Below, one piece after another: positions 20,352-29,870 of a stretch of DNA of 51,200 bases. Made by a program: the position numbers and the translations under genes. The notes under the pieces were generated by a model. The model saw only the letters and a list, made by a program, of their open reading frames with translations. It was not told the origin of the DNA and did not search any database. Positions within the stretch are counted from its first letter, which is position 1, and the number at the start of each line of letters is the position of its first letter. The stretch is from Escherichia virus TH26, in the sequence record MT446400.1. One strand, given 5' to 3'.

Positions 20352-20825
20352 TTACGACTTTGGGACTACGTTAATCATGACCGGAACAACATCACCAGCA
20401 GCAGCCGGATAGCGAAGTGCAGTCAGGTTGGTTGCCTTAGTATAGCCAGCACCAACACCACCAAATTGACCAGTGGCAGATACGCCAATGTCTTTATCGG
20501 TGATTGCAGTTACCAGTTTGACCATGATTGGGCCAGACAGCATAACGCCCAGAGGCCAGCCAGCTTTGATTGCAACAGTACCGTCACCAGGACGAGTTGC
20601 GGATTCGATGTTAATCTGGCGCATAGTGATGCCCAGAACAGTACCATCAGCTCCAATACCAGGCTTAACCTGATTAGAAGCAGTACCCTGAACAACAGCT
20701 AAACCAAAGTTAGCCATTTCAGTTTCAGCATTGTAAGTCAGGCGCTGAGAGTTGGTGGTAGCCAGGCCATATTGCTCACCCGCATATGCTGCACCAGTAT
20801 TAATAGACCAATCTTGCTTTGGCAT
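20352..20825 (-). CDS. Head decoration / structural protein
   Basis: 157 aa; sits between the scaffold and capsid genes (lambda D-like position). Confidence 0.4.
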   Translation of the reverse strand: MPKQDWSINTGAAYAGEQYGLATTNSQRLTYNAETEMANFGLAVVQGTASNQVKPGIGADGTVLGITMRQINIESATRPGDGTVAIKAGWPLGVMLSGPIMVKLVTAITDKDIGVSATGQFGGVGAGYTKATNLTALRYPAAAGDVVPVMINVVPKS

Positions 20826-20834
20826 TGTCTTACC

Positions 20835-21785
20835 TTATAAAGAGTTGAAGCGTTCTAAACGACGTTTGTTAGCTTCTTCGGAAATAGAAACTTTAGGCTT
20901 ACGAGCTTCTGAATCTCTCTGAGCAGTAAATTGCATAGATTGATTCAGGGCATCGCCCAAAGTAATGGAATCACAATCTTCAAGTGCCGCATCGAAACGA
21001 GCGGAGATATAATCTTCACTCTTGTCGCTGAAATCCTTGTCATGCAATTTATTAACTACAGCCAACTTAACTTCCGAATCGGACTTGCCGGAGAAATCAA
21101 GACTGGAGAACTCGTCGCCAAGACGGGCCACATCAATGAGAAGTGCTGTACGAGCAACAACACGTTTGTCTACCTCAGCCTGAATGGCTTCATCGGATAG
21201 TCGTGCAGTTTCTGCATCAGCAAGTTTCTGCTCAAGGGTGCTAATCTTGTCAAGCGCTGCATCACGCTCTGCTTCAACAACATCAAAGGTTGCCTTATCA
21301 ACAATGGAAATCTCTTCACCAGAGTCACCAATGCGAGTAGTCTGAGCACGACCACGAACAACAATTGCAGCATGGTTAGGGATAATACGAACTTTATCGA
21401 AGTCTGCATCAGCATCTTCGGCAACAGCCAGTTCGGCATTATGACCCAGGGAGATTTGGTCAACGCCAGAATCAACTAATCGAATAGCTTGCTCGTCATT
21501 CAAAACGATTGATGCAGCCAAGAAAGAACCGTCTGCCATTGGACGACCTTCGATGAACCCTTTCTGGAGTTCTTTGTTGTTCTTGATATTGACGTCATCT
21601 TTTGGATGACCGATAGTAACCGGAATTGAACGACAACCTTCAATGGTTGCTTCATCAAATAATACTTCCGGCTTGGTGCGAACACGGCAAATAGATTCTG
21701 GGTCCAGATGTTTTGCAATGTCACCAAGTTCTTTAGCTTTGTACAGCATAATGCCAGTACGAGCGATGGTGCATTCTGCAATCAT
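20835..21785 (-). CDS. Prohead protease / scaffolding protein (start uncertain; alternative GTG near 21899)
   Basis: Long acidic coiled-coil C-terminal half (scaffold-like); directly downstream of portal; the ORF-track start at 22076 overlaps the portal gene so an internal start is assumed. Confidence 0.45.
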   Translation of the reverse strand: MIAECTIARTGIMLYKAKELGDIAKHLDPESICRVRTKPEVLFDEATIEGCRSIPVTIGHPKDDVNIKNNKELQKGFIEGRPMADGSFLAASIVLNDEQAIRLVDSGVDQISLGHNAELAVAEDADADFDKVRIIPNHAAIVVRGRAQTTRIGDSGEEISIVDKATFDVVEAERDAALDKISTLEQKLADAETARLSDEAIQAEVDKRVVARTALLIDVARLGDEFSSLDFSGKSDSEVKLAVVNKLHDKDFSDKSEDYISARFDAALEDCDSITLGDALNQSMQFTAQRDSEARKPKVSISEEANKRRLERFNSL

Positions 21786-21867
21786 TTCGCCAGAGTCACG
21801 TAAACGACGGGTCGTTAGAGTAGCCTTGTCGGTTAACAAAACTACTTCATTCACAGTATCTTCGTCG

Positions 21868-23184
21868 TTAAGCTGAACCAGGTTTTGGCTTTGCTTCACT
21901 TGCGTTACCCTTTTGGATGTTAGGAGGTTTAGGATTTGGCTTGCCCAAGTCACAAGTTCCGAACACGCCCGAATGGAACATGACTTCGTTTGCAACTTCT
22001 GTGGTAATGGTTCCGTTGTTAACCAGCAGGTCAACAGCAAATGCCAAATCTTTAGCTCGCTCCGCTTTCTCAACATTGGATTCAGGGAAGATATCTAACC
22101 ATTCGTAGTCATATTCTTCAATACCAAAGTGCGCTTGGACAATCTTGTCTACCACATCTAAACGAGGGTCGAACACAGAAGTCTGCAAGCCGGTCAACAA
22201 GTCGATATAGTTTACGAGGTCAGATTCGCCCGTAGCATTCATACCGTCTGGAGATGCAGAAAGGAAGCGTGTAGCCGGAATACCAACTGCGGCAGCAACT
22301 ATCTTCAAGTATTCCCAAATCAAATCCTTCACACCAGATAGTGCAATTGACTTGGTATCATACTTCTCAGTGTTGTCGAGAATTAAGACGTTGTAAATAC
22401 TTTTAGCCAGCTTCATTAGTTTGAAGCGCTTCATCACAGCAGCTTCACCTTCCGGTGATGTAAGCAGAGATTGTAAGCCTTCTACAGTTACCACATCAAT
22501 TGTGGCTTCTTGAGCAAGGCTGGCAGCAGCAGCAGCGGTTGTATAAAATTGGTCAATCGTTTTCAGCAGTGGAATAAGTACCGAATCAGAATACCACATG
22601 TTACGTTGGAATTCGAACAGTGGCAGTTCAGTACCCTCGAACCGAAGGAAACGAGTGTAGTGGATATAGCCGGGATACCCCGCCAAAGTGTAAAACTCTG
22701 GCAAACCATAATGAGGACTCAGAGGGTCCAACACCATAGTTCCTGCGGCAAATAAGCGTGAGCGGTCAATAACTCTCATGGATTTAATACATCCAGTCTT
22801 CAAGTTATCCAGACGCAATGGTGTATCAAGTTTACCCGTCCCTTTCAGGTCGAGTAAAACAAATGAAGTCCCATAGAGTCTGGCCCATTGATATGCTTCA
22901 CGGAACAGTTTGCGAATACGAAGTTTCTTATCCGCTTTACGTCCCTCTTCAGTATCAATATGCCGCCACTTACGCGTCATGTCTTGAGGTATTACAGTGC
23001 AAACCTTTTGGCTTACCCAGTCCTCACGGAAGCGGTTCATAAGTTCGCGATAGTTCGCGTTCTTGTTTGAGAAAGTCCACTGGTTAAAGGTGGACTTATC
23101 TGCTTGACCGCCTAACCCCGTTACAAGGTTTTCTAACCCATCTGCAACTTTAACAGAGAGATTGTTTTTCTTCTTGGAAGTCAT
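21868..23184 (-). CDS. Portal protein
   Basis: 438 aa; immediately downstream of the large terminase; size and composition typical of portals. Confidence 0.7.
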   Translation of the reverse strand: MTSKKKNNLSVKVADGLENLVTGLGGQADKSTFNQWTFSNKNANYRELMNRFREDWVSQKVCTVIPQDMTRKWRHIDTEEGRKADKKLRIRKLFREAYQWARLYGTSFVLLDLKGTGKLDTPLRLDNLKTGCIKSMRVIDRSRLFAAGTMVLDPLSPHYGLPEFYTLAGYPGYIHYTRFLRFEGTELPLFEFQRNMWYSDSVLIPLLKTIDQFYTTAAAAASLAQEATIDVVTVEGLQSLLTSPEGEAAVMKRFKLMKLAKSIYNVLILDNTEKYDTKSIALSGVKDLIWEYLKIVAAAVGIPATRFLSASPDGMNATGESDLVNYIDLLTGLQTSVFDPRLDVVDKIVQAHFGIEEYDYEWLDIFPESNVEKAERAKDLAFAVDLLVNNGTITTEVANEVMFHSGVFGTCDLGKPNPKPPNIQKGNASEAKPKPGSA

Positions 23185-23408
23185 TATTTCTTCCTTAGAA
23201 TAGTTCCATTACCCTTAACAATTTGAATGTTGTCGGAGGTGTGGAGTCGCAGATTTGACTCGTGCTTTGACTTAACACAGTCGCTCTCTGTGGTAGAAAC
23301 TGCCTCAATCACACATAAAATGTTTCCTTCCAAATCTTGAATCTGGAAGGAGTTGTTCTTGCGTGAGCGGGCATCTAAACGAGTGATAACCGCCATATTT
23401 ACATCCAT
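23184..23408 (-). CDS. Hypothetical protein
   Basis: 74 aa ORF between TerL and portal. Confidence 0.3.
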   Translation of the reverse strand: MDVNMAVITRLDARSRKNNSFQIQDLEGNILCVIEAVSTTESDCVKSKHESNLRLHTSDNIQIVKGNGTILRKK

Positions 23409-25444
23409 GCGGAGTAGTTGGCACTTGGGCCTGAGAATTCGATTGCAACCATATCTGAAACGTTATCGACGCAATCGTCGTGTCCAGTACCACTACCCAA
23501 AGAAGTGAATCCAAGTATTTCACGTCTAACGTGGTCAATGTGTTCATGACCAGCAGGGAAGAATATTCTCTTTTGCGAGAAATATGGGATTGCGTTAAGG
23601 AATCGAGTTACCTTGTCATTACCATTAATGCCATCGCGAGGCAGCGGTAAAACTCGGACACTCCCATCTCTAATAAATTGTTGGTTCAAGAATTGTCCAG
23701 CAGACTTGTCTTCCATATACAATGCACGAGGAATACAACCTACACATTTCAAGTCCAACTTGTTGCATTTGTTCCAGAAGTCGATGATAGCAGTCTTGAG
23801 TTCTGGAGTTTCAAACTTACCGAGCATAATATCTAAACAATAAACATCACGCTCTTTAGTCACGCCCCAATGCTTAAGGACCGAATAATCAGAATAGGAT
23901 TTGGCAGTTGATGCCGTATCCGCTGTGATAAAACTTCTGACTATGCGACTTCTGTCGAAAACGTCTGGTTCATACTCTTGCCACCAATCTTCTTTGATAA
24001 GGCCGTGGCCTTGTGCAGATGGGTCGCCAGCATACTGTGAATTGTATGTGTATGGGTTAGACTCTTTCATTGCCTCCAGAGATTCTAAACTCTTACGTGA
24101 AGGCCATAATGCAGACTTCTCTTCCTTCCTGTTCAAACCATAAAGAATCGGAATAGCATGAGTGTAGTTCTGCTTCTTAATTAATTTGTCGTACCACTGC
24201 GCACTGCCAACACCTTTCTCAATAATCGCTGGGATGTTGAGATAATGGTATTTGTCGGATGAACCACCACGGAGTATATAACCAACTAAATCTTGGTCGT
24301 GAACTCGCTGCATGATGATAACCATTGGAGTACGTGAGCACTTAATTTGGTTTCCACGCGAATCAGTTATGCACCCATCATTGGCAAGACGGGACATAAA
24401 GGTGTTATCAAATCGGTCGTTGATTTCTGCTCGAACTGTGTCGGAGTAGGCATCCTTCGGTTTGATAACGTCATCCACCACAAAGCAACCGGAGTAGTTT
24501 GCAACAAGAAGTCCAGCACCTTTACCAGTTAGCTTACCACCAGTCGGTACTGCGTGCATAACTCCAGCTTTGGTTGTACCCCAGCGTTCAAGAGAACGTT
24601 TGTTAGGGTCGATTCTCACCTTCGGGAATATACGTTGGAACAGTGGGTCCATCATTACAGCACGAATGTAACCACTCGATTCAAGAACAACGTCTTCTGC
24701 ATACGAGGTGATAATGTTATGGCTTGATTCATTGTGGCAAAATGAATACAAGGGCAATGCAATACTCATAAGCTGGGTCTTAGAGTGTCGTGGTGGAATG
24801 GTGACAATTAGTCGGTCAATCTCACCATCAACAACCTTCTGCCCTACGCTGAATATTACATCATGAAAGTCTTGGGATTGGAATGGGAATCCCATTTGAA
24901 TATGGAACTGCCATTTACCAAATGCTTCGAAACTTTTCATCAAGATTTTGCGAACACGTTCTGCAACCTTGGCAGGGATTACAGTTGGGTCCACGTTATG
25001 TGGGTCGTGCAGAATCTTGTCTACAAGTTCGTCGGTGTTATCATGTTCCGAGTTTGGCTCCTCCAATGTGGAACCTGCAACACGGTCAGTAACACCTGCT
25101 TGAATACCTTTCTTCAACTCATCTGCATAGGCAGTCGAGTCTTTCTTGTCGCCAGAGCGAAGACGCTCAAGTTGTGCTCTGAAAACGGAACGCAATACAG
25201 CATCGTTTTCAAGACCCTGGCCTTCTAACTCTGCTTGAATTTGTTCTTCATAGCTGTCAACTATTGCAGTGTTTTCTGAAATATATCGACGGAGCAATGG
25301 CAAAGATAGAATACAGAATCTTTCTCTTGAGACTTTTAAAACGTCACCGTAGTGTTTGGCCAGATACGTGGCAATAGTATCGTCAAACTCGGGTCCAAGA
25401 TTTTCAGTCTTTGACATTGATTCGTTCTCTTTGGTTTTAATCAC
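23399..25444 (-). CDS. Terminase large subunit with ~200 aa N-terminal extension
   Basis: 681 aa; Walker A-like IPPRHSKTQ at about residue 215, Walker B-like CFVVDD, C-terminal RNase H-like nuclease acidic residues (ITADTAS..., GHDDCVDN). Confidence 0.8.
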   Translation of the reverse strand: MIKTKENESMSKTENLGPEFDDTIATYLAKHYGDVLKVSRERFCILSLPLLRRYISENTAIVDSYEEQIQAELEGQGLENDAVLRSVFRAQLERLRSGDKKDSTAYADELKKGIQAGVTDRVAGSTLEEPNSEHDNTDELVDKILHDPHNVDPTVIPAKVAERVRKILMKSFEAFGKWQFHIQMGFPFQSQDFHDVIFSVGQKVVDGEIDRLIVTIPPRHSKTQLMSIALPLYSFCHNESSHNIITSYAEDVVLESSGYIRAVMMDPLFQRIFPKVRIDPNKRSLERWGTTKAGVMHAVPTGGKLTGKGAGLLVANYSGCFVVDDVIKPKDAYSDTVRAEINDRFDNTFMSRLANDGCITDSRGNQIKCSRTPMVIIMQRVHDQDLVGYILRGGSSDKYHYLNIPAIIEKGVGSAQWYDKLIKKQNYTHAIPILYGLNRKEEKSALWPSRKSLESLEAMKESNPYTYNSQYAGDPSAQGHGLIKEDWWQEYEPDVFDRSRIVRSFITADTASTAKSYSDYSVLKHWGVTKERDVYCLDIMLGKFETPELKTAIIDFWNKCNKLDLKCVGCIPRALYMEDKSAGQFLNQQFIRDGSVRVLPLPRDGINGNDKVTRFLNAIPYFSQKRIFFPAGHEHIDHVRREILGFTSLGSGTGHDDCVDNVSDMVAIEFSGPSANYSAWM

Positions 25445-25622
25445 AATCCACTAATGGCTGAGTTTGCACGGGATTGATGCGAATGATGCTGCCTAAGCCA
25501 GAATCGGCCTTTAAATACAGGCGGTTTAGTGGCATGTATGAATCACAGATAGGACATTGCTGCGTTATGAAATCATCTTCTGCAATTTCATAATGGCAGT
25601 TAGGACATTGTATTGTGCGCAT
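25437..25622 (-). CDS. Small zinc-ribbon protein
   Basis: 61 aa with CPNC...CPIC pairs. Confidence 0.35.
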   Translation of the reverse strand: MRTIQCPNCHYEIAEDDFITQQCPICDSYMPLNRLYLKADSGLGSIIRINPVQTQPLVDCD

Positions 25623-25677
25623 AAGCGACTCCGAATAAGCTAGGAGGCCAGATAGCCTCCCTAATTACGCGTGTCGC

Positions 25678-26007
25678 TTAATATTTAATATCGCTCCAGG
25701 CCATATCTTTATAGAAATCTTCAAGATATGCTTGGGTAGAACCAACAACCACCACAATCTTAAATGGCAGTATCAGCGGCTTAACAGCCGACATTAAATC
25801 TTCGCGCCCACGCTTGATACGTTCGACGTTCTTGATTGTGTTTTCACCACGAGGGAGCATGAAAACGATAACATCCGCACCTGTTTCATTGCGCGTTGCA
25901 AGTGCACGGGTGAGATAAGTCCCGCCACCAGTGGAGGTGACATTAGACTTGAGGTATGCAAATTTAACTTTGCGGTTATTTACTACAACAGGTGAGGACA
26001 GTTTCAT
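25678..26007 (-). CDS. Hypothetical protein
   Basis: 109 aa ORF upstream of the terminase. Confidence 0.3.
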   Translation of the reverse strand: MKLSSPVVVNNRKVKFAYLKSNVTSTGGGTYLTRALATRNETGADVIVFMLPRGENTIKNVERIKRGREDLMSAVKPLILPFKIVVVVGSTQAYLEDFYKDMAWSDIKY

Positions 26008-26447
26008 TTCAGATAGGTTCCAGATTTAAGTCTTCTTCGTTTAAGTTGTGAGCGGGCCTTTTCGCACTTTAAGCATACGTTGGTGTGTCCACAGGAGCGC
26101 CTTTTATCCTTTACGCATAGTTCCAGTTTGGTTGATACTCCGCACCTAAAACACACCAGTTCACCTTCAACTAGTTTGGTGGTTAAGTTCAGGTTCACAG
26201 CCATAGGCACCAACCGTATGTTCCCTCGGACATATCCCAAGCTTGGAATGATTCTGTCCACACTACTGCCAACAAAATCATTCTTCATAAACCAGGATAT
26301 AAACTCTTCTCTGTCTATATCGAAAGGGATGCCAGAGTACGAAGAACTTCTTCCAACAGGCTTGGTACACCTGTTCTTAATCATGGCGTATCTTGAGATG
26401 GCTCTCTTACGACTACCAATTTCAGAGTATCTGGTATCCCTACACAT
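26004..26447 (-). CDS. HNH-family homing endonuclease-like protein
   Basis: 147 aa; Cys/His-rich C-terminus (CFRCG...CGHTNVCLKCEK) and phage HNH-like N-terminal pattern (RYAMIKNRC...YSGIPFD...VDRI). Confidence 0.45.
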   Translation of the reverse strand: MCRDTRYSEIGSRKRAISRYAMIKNRCTKPVGRSSSYSGIPFDIDREEFISWFMKNDFVGSSVDRIIPSLGYVRGNIRLVPMAVNLNLTTKLVEGELVCFRCGVSTKLELCVKDKRRSCGHTNVCLKCEKARSQLKRRRLKSGTYLK

Positions 26448-26900
26448 TTACACCCTTCCTGTAGAACCGAAACCTGAAGTTCCACGAACAGTGGAATTTA
26501 AGTGGTCAACTTCAACGAAATGGTGTTGAGTAGCTTTACTAACTTGCACCTGACAAATACGTTCACCTGGCTGAACCACAAAGGCTGTGTCCGAATCGTT
26601 GTGCAACTTAACCATAAGATTGCCGCGATAATCGGAGTCCAGAATTCCTGTGCAGTTTGCCAAGCGAATGCCAGACTTAAAGCCATGACCAGAACGGCTA
26701 TGTACTTTGAGTTCGTATCCAATTGGAATCTCGAATTGGAGGCCAGTATCGAAAACAGCAGAGCAGCCGGGATTGATAACAACAGTGCTATCGGAGATAG
26801 TGCAAACATCAGCAGCAGCAGCACCAGCAGTAGCGTACACAGGTAATTTCGCATTAGGATGCACTCGTTTAACTGCAACAACTTGGGTCATACAAGACAT
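26448..26900 (-). CDS. dut: dUTP diphosphatase (dUTPase)
   Basis: 150 aa; trimeric dUTPase motifs (GLQFEIP, RSGHG, GILDSDYRGNLMVKLHN, VRGTSGFGSTG). Confidence 0.85.
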   Translation of the reverse strand: MSCMTQVVAVKRVHPNAKLPVYATAGAAAADVCTISDSTVVINPGCSAVFDTGLQFEIPIGYELKVHSRSGHGFKSGIRLANCTGILDSDYRGNLMVKLHNDSDTAFVVQPGERICQVQVSKATQHHFVEVDHLNSTVRGTSGFGSTGRV

Positions 26901-26902
26901 GA

Positions 26903-27532
26903 TTATTTCTCTACTTGATAAGTTACGCGTTCAATCCAGTTGAACACTTTGAATACAGAATCCCCCACTTTACCACCAACTAAATGTTCGTCCACTGTTA
27001 CGCGGGTAGGTGTGTCTGGGAGGTTGATGTATCTGCGAGAATCGCCCGTGAAATCAAAACCATCACGATGCAAACGCACAATGAGTACAAAATCATAAGC
27101 AGACTCAATGGCAACGACTTCATCACCAAAACCGCCATCGGGATAAATGACATTAATAATGCCACCCACACGCCCCGCGAGTTCTTCAACACGAGTAGCT
27201 TCAACCTTACCGAAGTAGTCTTGTCCGTGGCGAGGTTTATACACATCTTCACTAACGTGAATAAGAGCCTGACGAGGTGTTCTGCCACCAAGACCTGCAA
27301 GGGAGATAGAGTCTTTGAGGTCACGGTCCGAAGCGTAGTGAATAAACTTGTCCACATCAACTTGAAAGTGTTTGGCAGTATGCTCATACAGTGCATCCTT
27401 AAACTGGTGTTTAATGAATTTGCGCTTACCGAGAAAGTATGGTTCCTCGGCAGCAACAATCTTATTTGCAATGGTATCTTTACCGCAGCCAGGAGGTCCA
27501 TTGAGAATAACAGCTAATCGCTTAATCAAAAC
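26903..27532 (-). CDS. Deoxynucleoside monophosphate kinase-like P-loop kinase
   Basis: P-loop LAVILNGPPGCGKDT and KDALYEH resemble T4 gp1 (GVKRSGKDT...KDALAYA); start moved to an internal TTG behind GAGGA to avoid overlapping the ligase gene. Confidence 0.5.
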   Translation of the reverse strand, partial: VLIKRLAVILNGPPGCGKDTIANKIVAAEEPYFLGKRKFIKHQFKDALYEHTAKHFQVDVDKFIHYASDRDLKDSISLAGLGGRTPRQALIHVSEDVYKPRHGQDYFGKVEATRVEELAGRVGGIINVIYPDGGFGDEVVAIESAYDFVLIVRLHRDGFDFTGDSRRYINLPDTPTRVTVDEHLVGGKVGDSVFKVFNWIERVTYQVEK

Positions 27533-28277
27533 TTTCCTCACTTTTGTCTGCACGTAAACGGACGAGTGACGGGAACCGGAACTTGCCAGCTTCTGTCTTC
27601 TCACGATATCGAACTTGCATAATCGAACCAATTAGCTCGTGGCGATGTTCCCACAACCACTTACGAATCAATGTGTTAGATTCTGGAATACCGTGGTCTG
27701 CCAGACAATCTTTCACCATTGAGCCAGCACTGCCGTAGTTCGAGGAAATAGAACCACACATACCTTTAAGAGCACCAGTACCCTCTTTCATACCAGTAAT
27801 CTTCACATCGGCGTATTTGTATGGTACAATCTTCCACCACTTACCTTTTGCATCGCGGACGATAATACCTTCATGACCAAGCGCCAGATATTTATCCATC
27901 AATGCCTTAAGGTTTTCATTGCTTGGGTCTTTGCACCAGCCGATGTACAGGCGTGGGTCAACAGCACCATCACTCAACTCATACACATTGTCCTGGGTTA
28001 GAGGGATGCTTGGCGGGTCAATACGTCCGAGGATGCTAGAAGTCTCATTCCAACTATTACGGAATATCTCAGCATCTCTGAACTGTAAGTGGTCCAAATG
28101 AGGTAGGGGTTTGGAATTACGACTCCAGACACTACCTGATTTATTACGGATAGCTCGAATTCCGTCAATCTTGATGAAGAGTTCGCAGCGTCCTTTGATA
28201 CGGCAGTCTGGGTCTTCCCAATCATGTGCGTGAGCCTTTGTGTATCTTGTACCATCATCGAGGAGCTTAATAGACAT
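27522..28277 (-). CDS. ATP-dependent DNA ligase (minimal, ~250 aa)
   Basis: Nucleotidyltransferase motif I KIDGIR, motif IV-like EGIIVR, motif V-like WWKIVPYKYADVKITG. Confidence 0.6.
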   Translation of the reverse strand: MSIKLLDDGTRYTKAHAHDWEDPDCRIKGRCELFIKIDGIRAIRNKSGSVWSRNSKPLPHLDHLQFRDAEIFRNSWNETSSILGRIDPPSIPLTQDNVYELSDGAVDPRLYIGWCKDPSNENLKALMDKYLALGHEGIIVRDAKGKWWKIVPYKYADVKITGMKEGTGALKGMCGSISSNYGSAGSMVKDCLADHGIPESNTLIRKWLWEHRHELIGSIMQVRYREKTEAGKFRFPSLVRLRADKSEESFD

Positions 28278-28791
28278 TAAGATTCTTTCTCAGGTATTCT
28301 CGAACAGCATTCTTGCGTCCGATTTTGGTTTTAGGAACTGGCTCTATTTTAGCAAGATTGCACTTGGCAATTTGCTCTTCGTCAGACAATTTGGCAAATG
28401 CAATACACTTCTTCTCAATGACTGCATCACGTCGTGATACACCATATCGCTCCATGTATGTGATAATGCCGTGACAATCTTTACACAGCAACTCCAAATC
28501 TTCTGGCTGAACCAATAAAAGGTTGTCCACAAAGCGGTGCAGGTCTTCCAACTTAAGGAGGCCACCAACTTGAACTTTGTGGTTTACTTCAATCTCTTTG
28601 AGCTTATACAACTTCTTGCAATGGTAGCATTGAATGTGGAAGATTGGTTTCTTTGAGTCACCGACCTTCAATGCAATGCGTCGAGATTGTATCAGCGCGA
28701 GTTTGCTTGGGTGTTTAGACCAAACACTGCGAATAGCAGACTGGAGCCAAGAAACAAACTTGGCTTCCGTACCGCAATAACCGTAAGCCAT
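28267..28791 (-). CDS. HNH endonuclease
   Basis: 174 aa; CYHCKK...EVNHKV...CKDCH pattern typical of the HNH zinc-binding nuclease fold. Confidence 0.55.
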   Translation of the reverse strand: MAYGYCGTEAKFVSWLQSAIRSVWSKHPSKLALIQSRRIALKVGDSKKPIFHIQCYHCKKLYKLKEIEVNHKVQVGGLLKLEDLHRFVDNLLLVQPEDLELLCKDCHGIITYMERYGVSRRDAVIEKKCIAFAKLSDEEQIAKCNLAKIEPVPKTKIGRKNAVREYLRKNLNVY

Positions 28792-28802
28792 TTCAACTCC
28801 AA

Positions 28803-29840
28803 TTATTTCTGGAGATACTCTGCATGAGGGATTATACGGTTCTCTTTAAGATGGAATCGGTCAATGACACCTTTGTAGTGCCACAAGCGAACGAGATTCC
28901 CATCATCAATTTGGTGGTGCATGTACACGAGTCGACCAACTTTGAGAAGCTCTTCTTCCCAACCGTCACCGAATCGCATGATAAATGCACCAATAACTTT
29001 CTTCAAACCTTCTGCATAAGTAGTGGTCTTATCCAAAAGTTCGAAAGATTCGACAGCACCGACACCACTGCGACGGAAGTATGTTTCTCCGGCCTTAGCA
29101 CCAGTCTTGTAAATCTTCTCTTCCAATACACCACAACCCATAACGTTATCCGTTGAGTCGCCGATAAGGAGTTGATGCAAGAAGAATTTAGGGCCACAGC
29201 CTTTGACTTCTTTCTTCTTAGATTTACCGTTGTCTTTGATAATGAGTTTGAGTTCACCATAGTCCTTCGGGATTACAATCTTCTCACCAATACCCTGAGA
29301 TTCACGCTCCCATTGATAATGCTTAATTACTGGACCAGTGTCGCCGAATTGTCCGATTTGGCGCAAGTCTTTGTCAAGCGACGCAATCCAAACTTCATCA
29401 TATGTGCACGGACCAATACGCGTGAGGCTCTTAATCTCATTACGTTTACCTGTTGTAATTTCGTATTCATGGCGAGCGAATACGGCCAGAAGGTCATCTG
29501 CTTCCAGACCTTTCATCCAATACCCATTCCATGCAACGAGCAAGTGGGCCTTGGCATTCTTCAAATTTTCTGGTCGCCAAACATTTTCACGGTTGCCTTT
29601 GTAGTTTTCGGCAAACACGTTACGCATTGTTTTAGATGGAGACACGAAACCCATAATGTGAGTTGCGCCAGAGCGCTTAGACAAGAACTCCATTTTAGAG
29701 TCCATTGACATTTGAATCTTAGCAAAATTAATATCTTCTGGCTCTTTCCCAAATTCTTCTGCGGCACAATGGCTAAACGCAACCATATCAAGGTCTACCA
29801 GCAACAATACTCGTTTCTTACTCACTTTGGTAAGCTCCAA
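28803..29840 (-). CDS. 5'-3' exonuclease / flap endonuclease (T5 D15 / T7 gp6-like)
   Basis: 345 aa; PIN-like N-terminus (LLLVDLDMVAF, EADDLLA) with acidic clusters typical of FEN-family nucleases. Confidence 0.75.
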   Translation of the reverse strand: MELTKVSKKRVLLLVDLDMVAFSHCAAEEFGKEPEDINFAKIQMSMDSKMEFLSKRSGATHIMGFVSPSKTMRNVFAENYKGNRENVWRPENLKNAKAHLLVAWNGYWMKGLEADDLLAVFARHEYEITTGKRNEIKSLTRIGPCTYDEVWIASLDKDLRQIGQFGDTGPVIKHYQWERESQGIGEKIVIPKDYGELKLIIKDNGKSKKKEVKGCGPKFFLHQLLIGDSTDNVMGCGVLEEKIYKTGAKAGETYFRRSGVGAVESFELLDKTTTYAEGLKKVIGAFIMRFGDGWEEELLKVGRLVYMHHQIDDGNLVRLWHYKGVIDRFHLKENRIIPHAEYLQK

Positions 29841-29870
29841 ATTAAAGGCTCCCGAAGGAGCTAGTTATAG

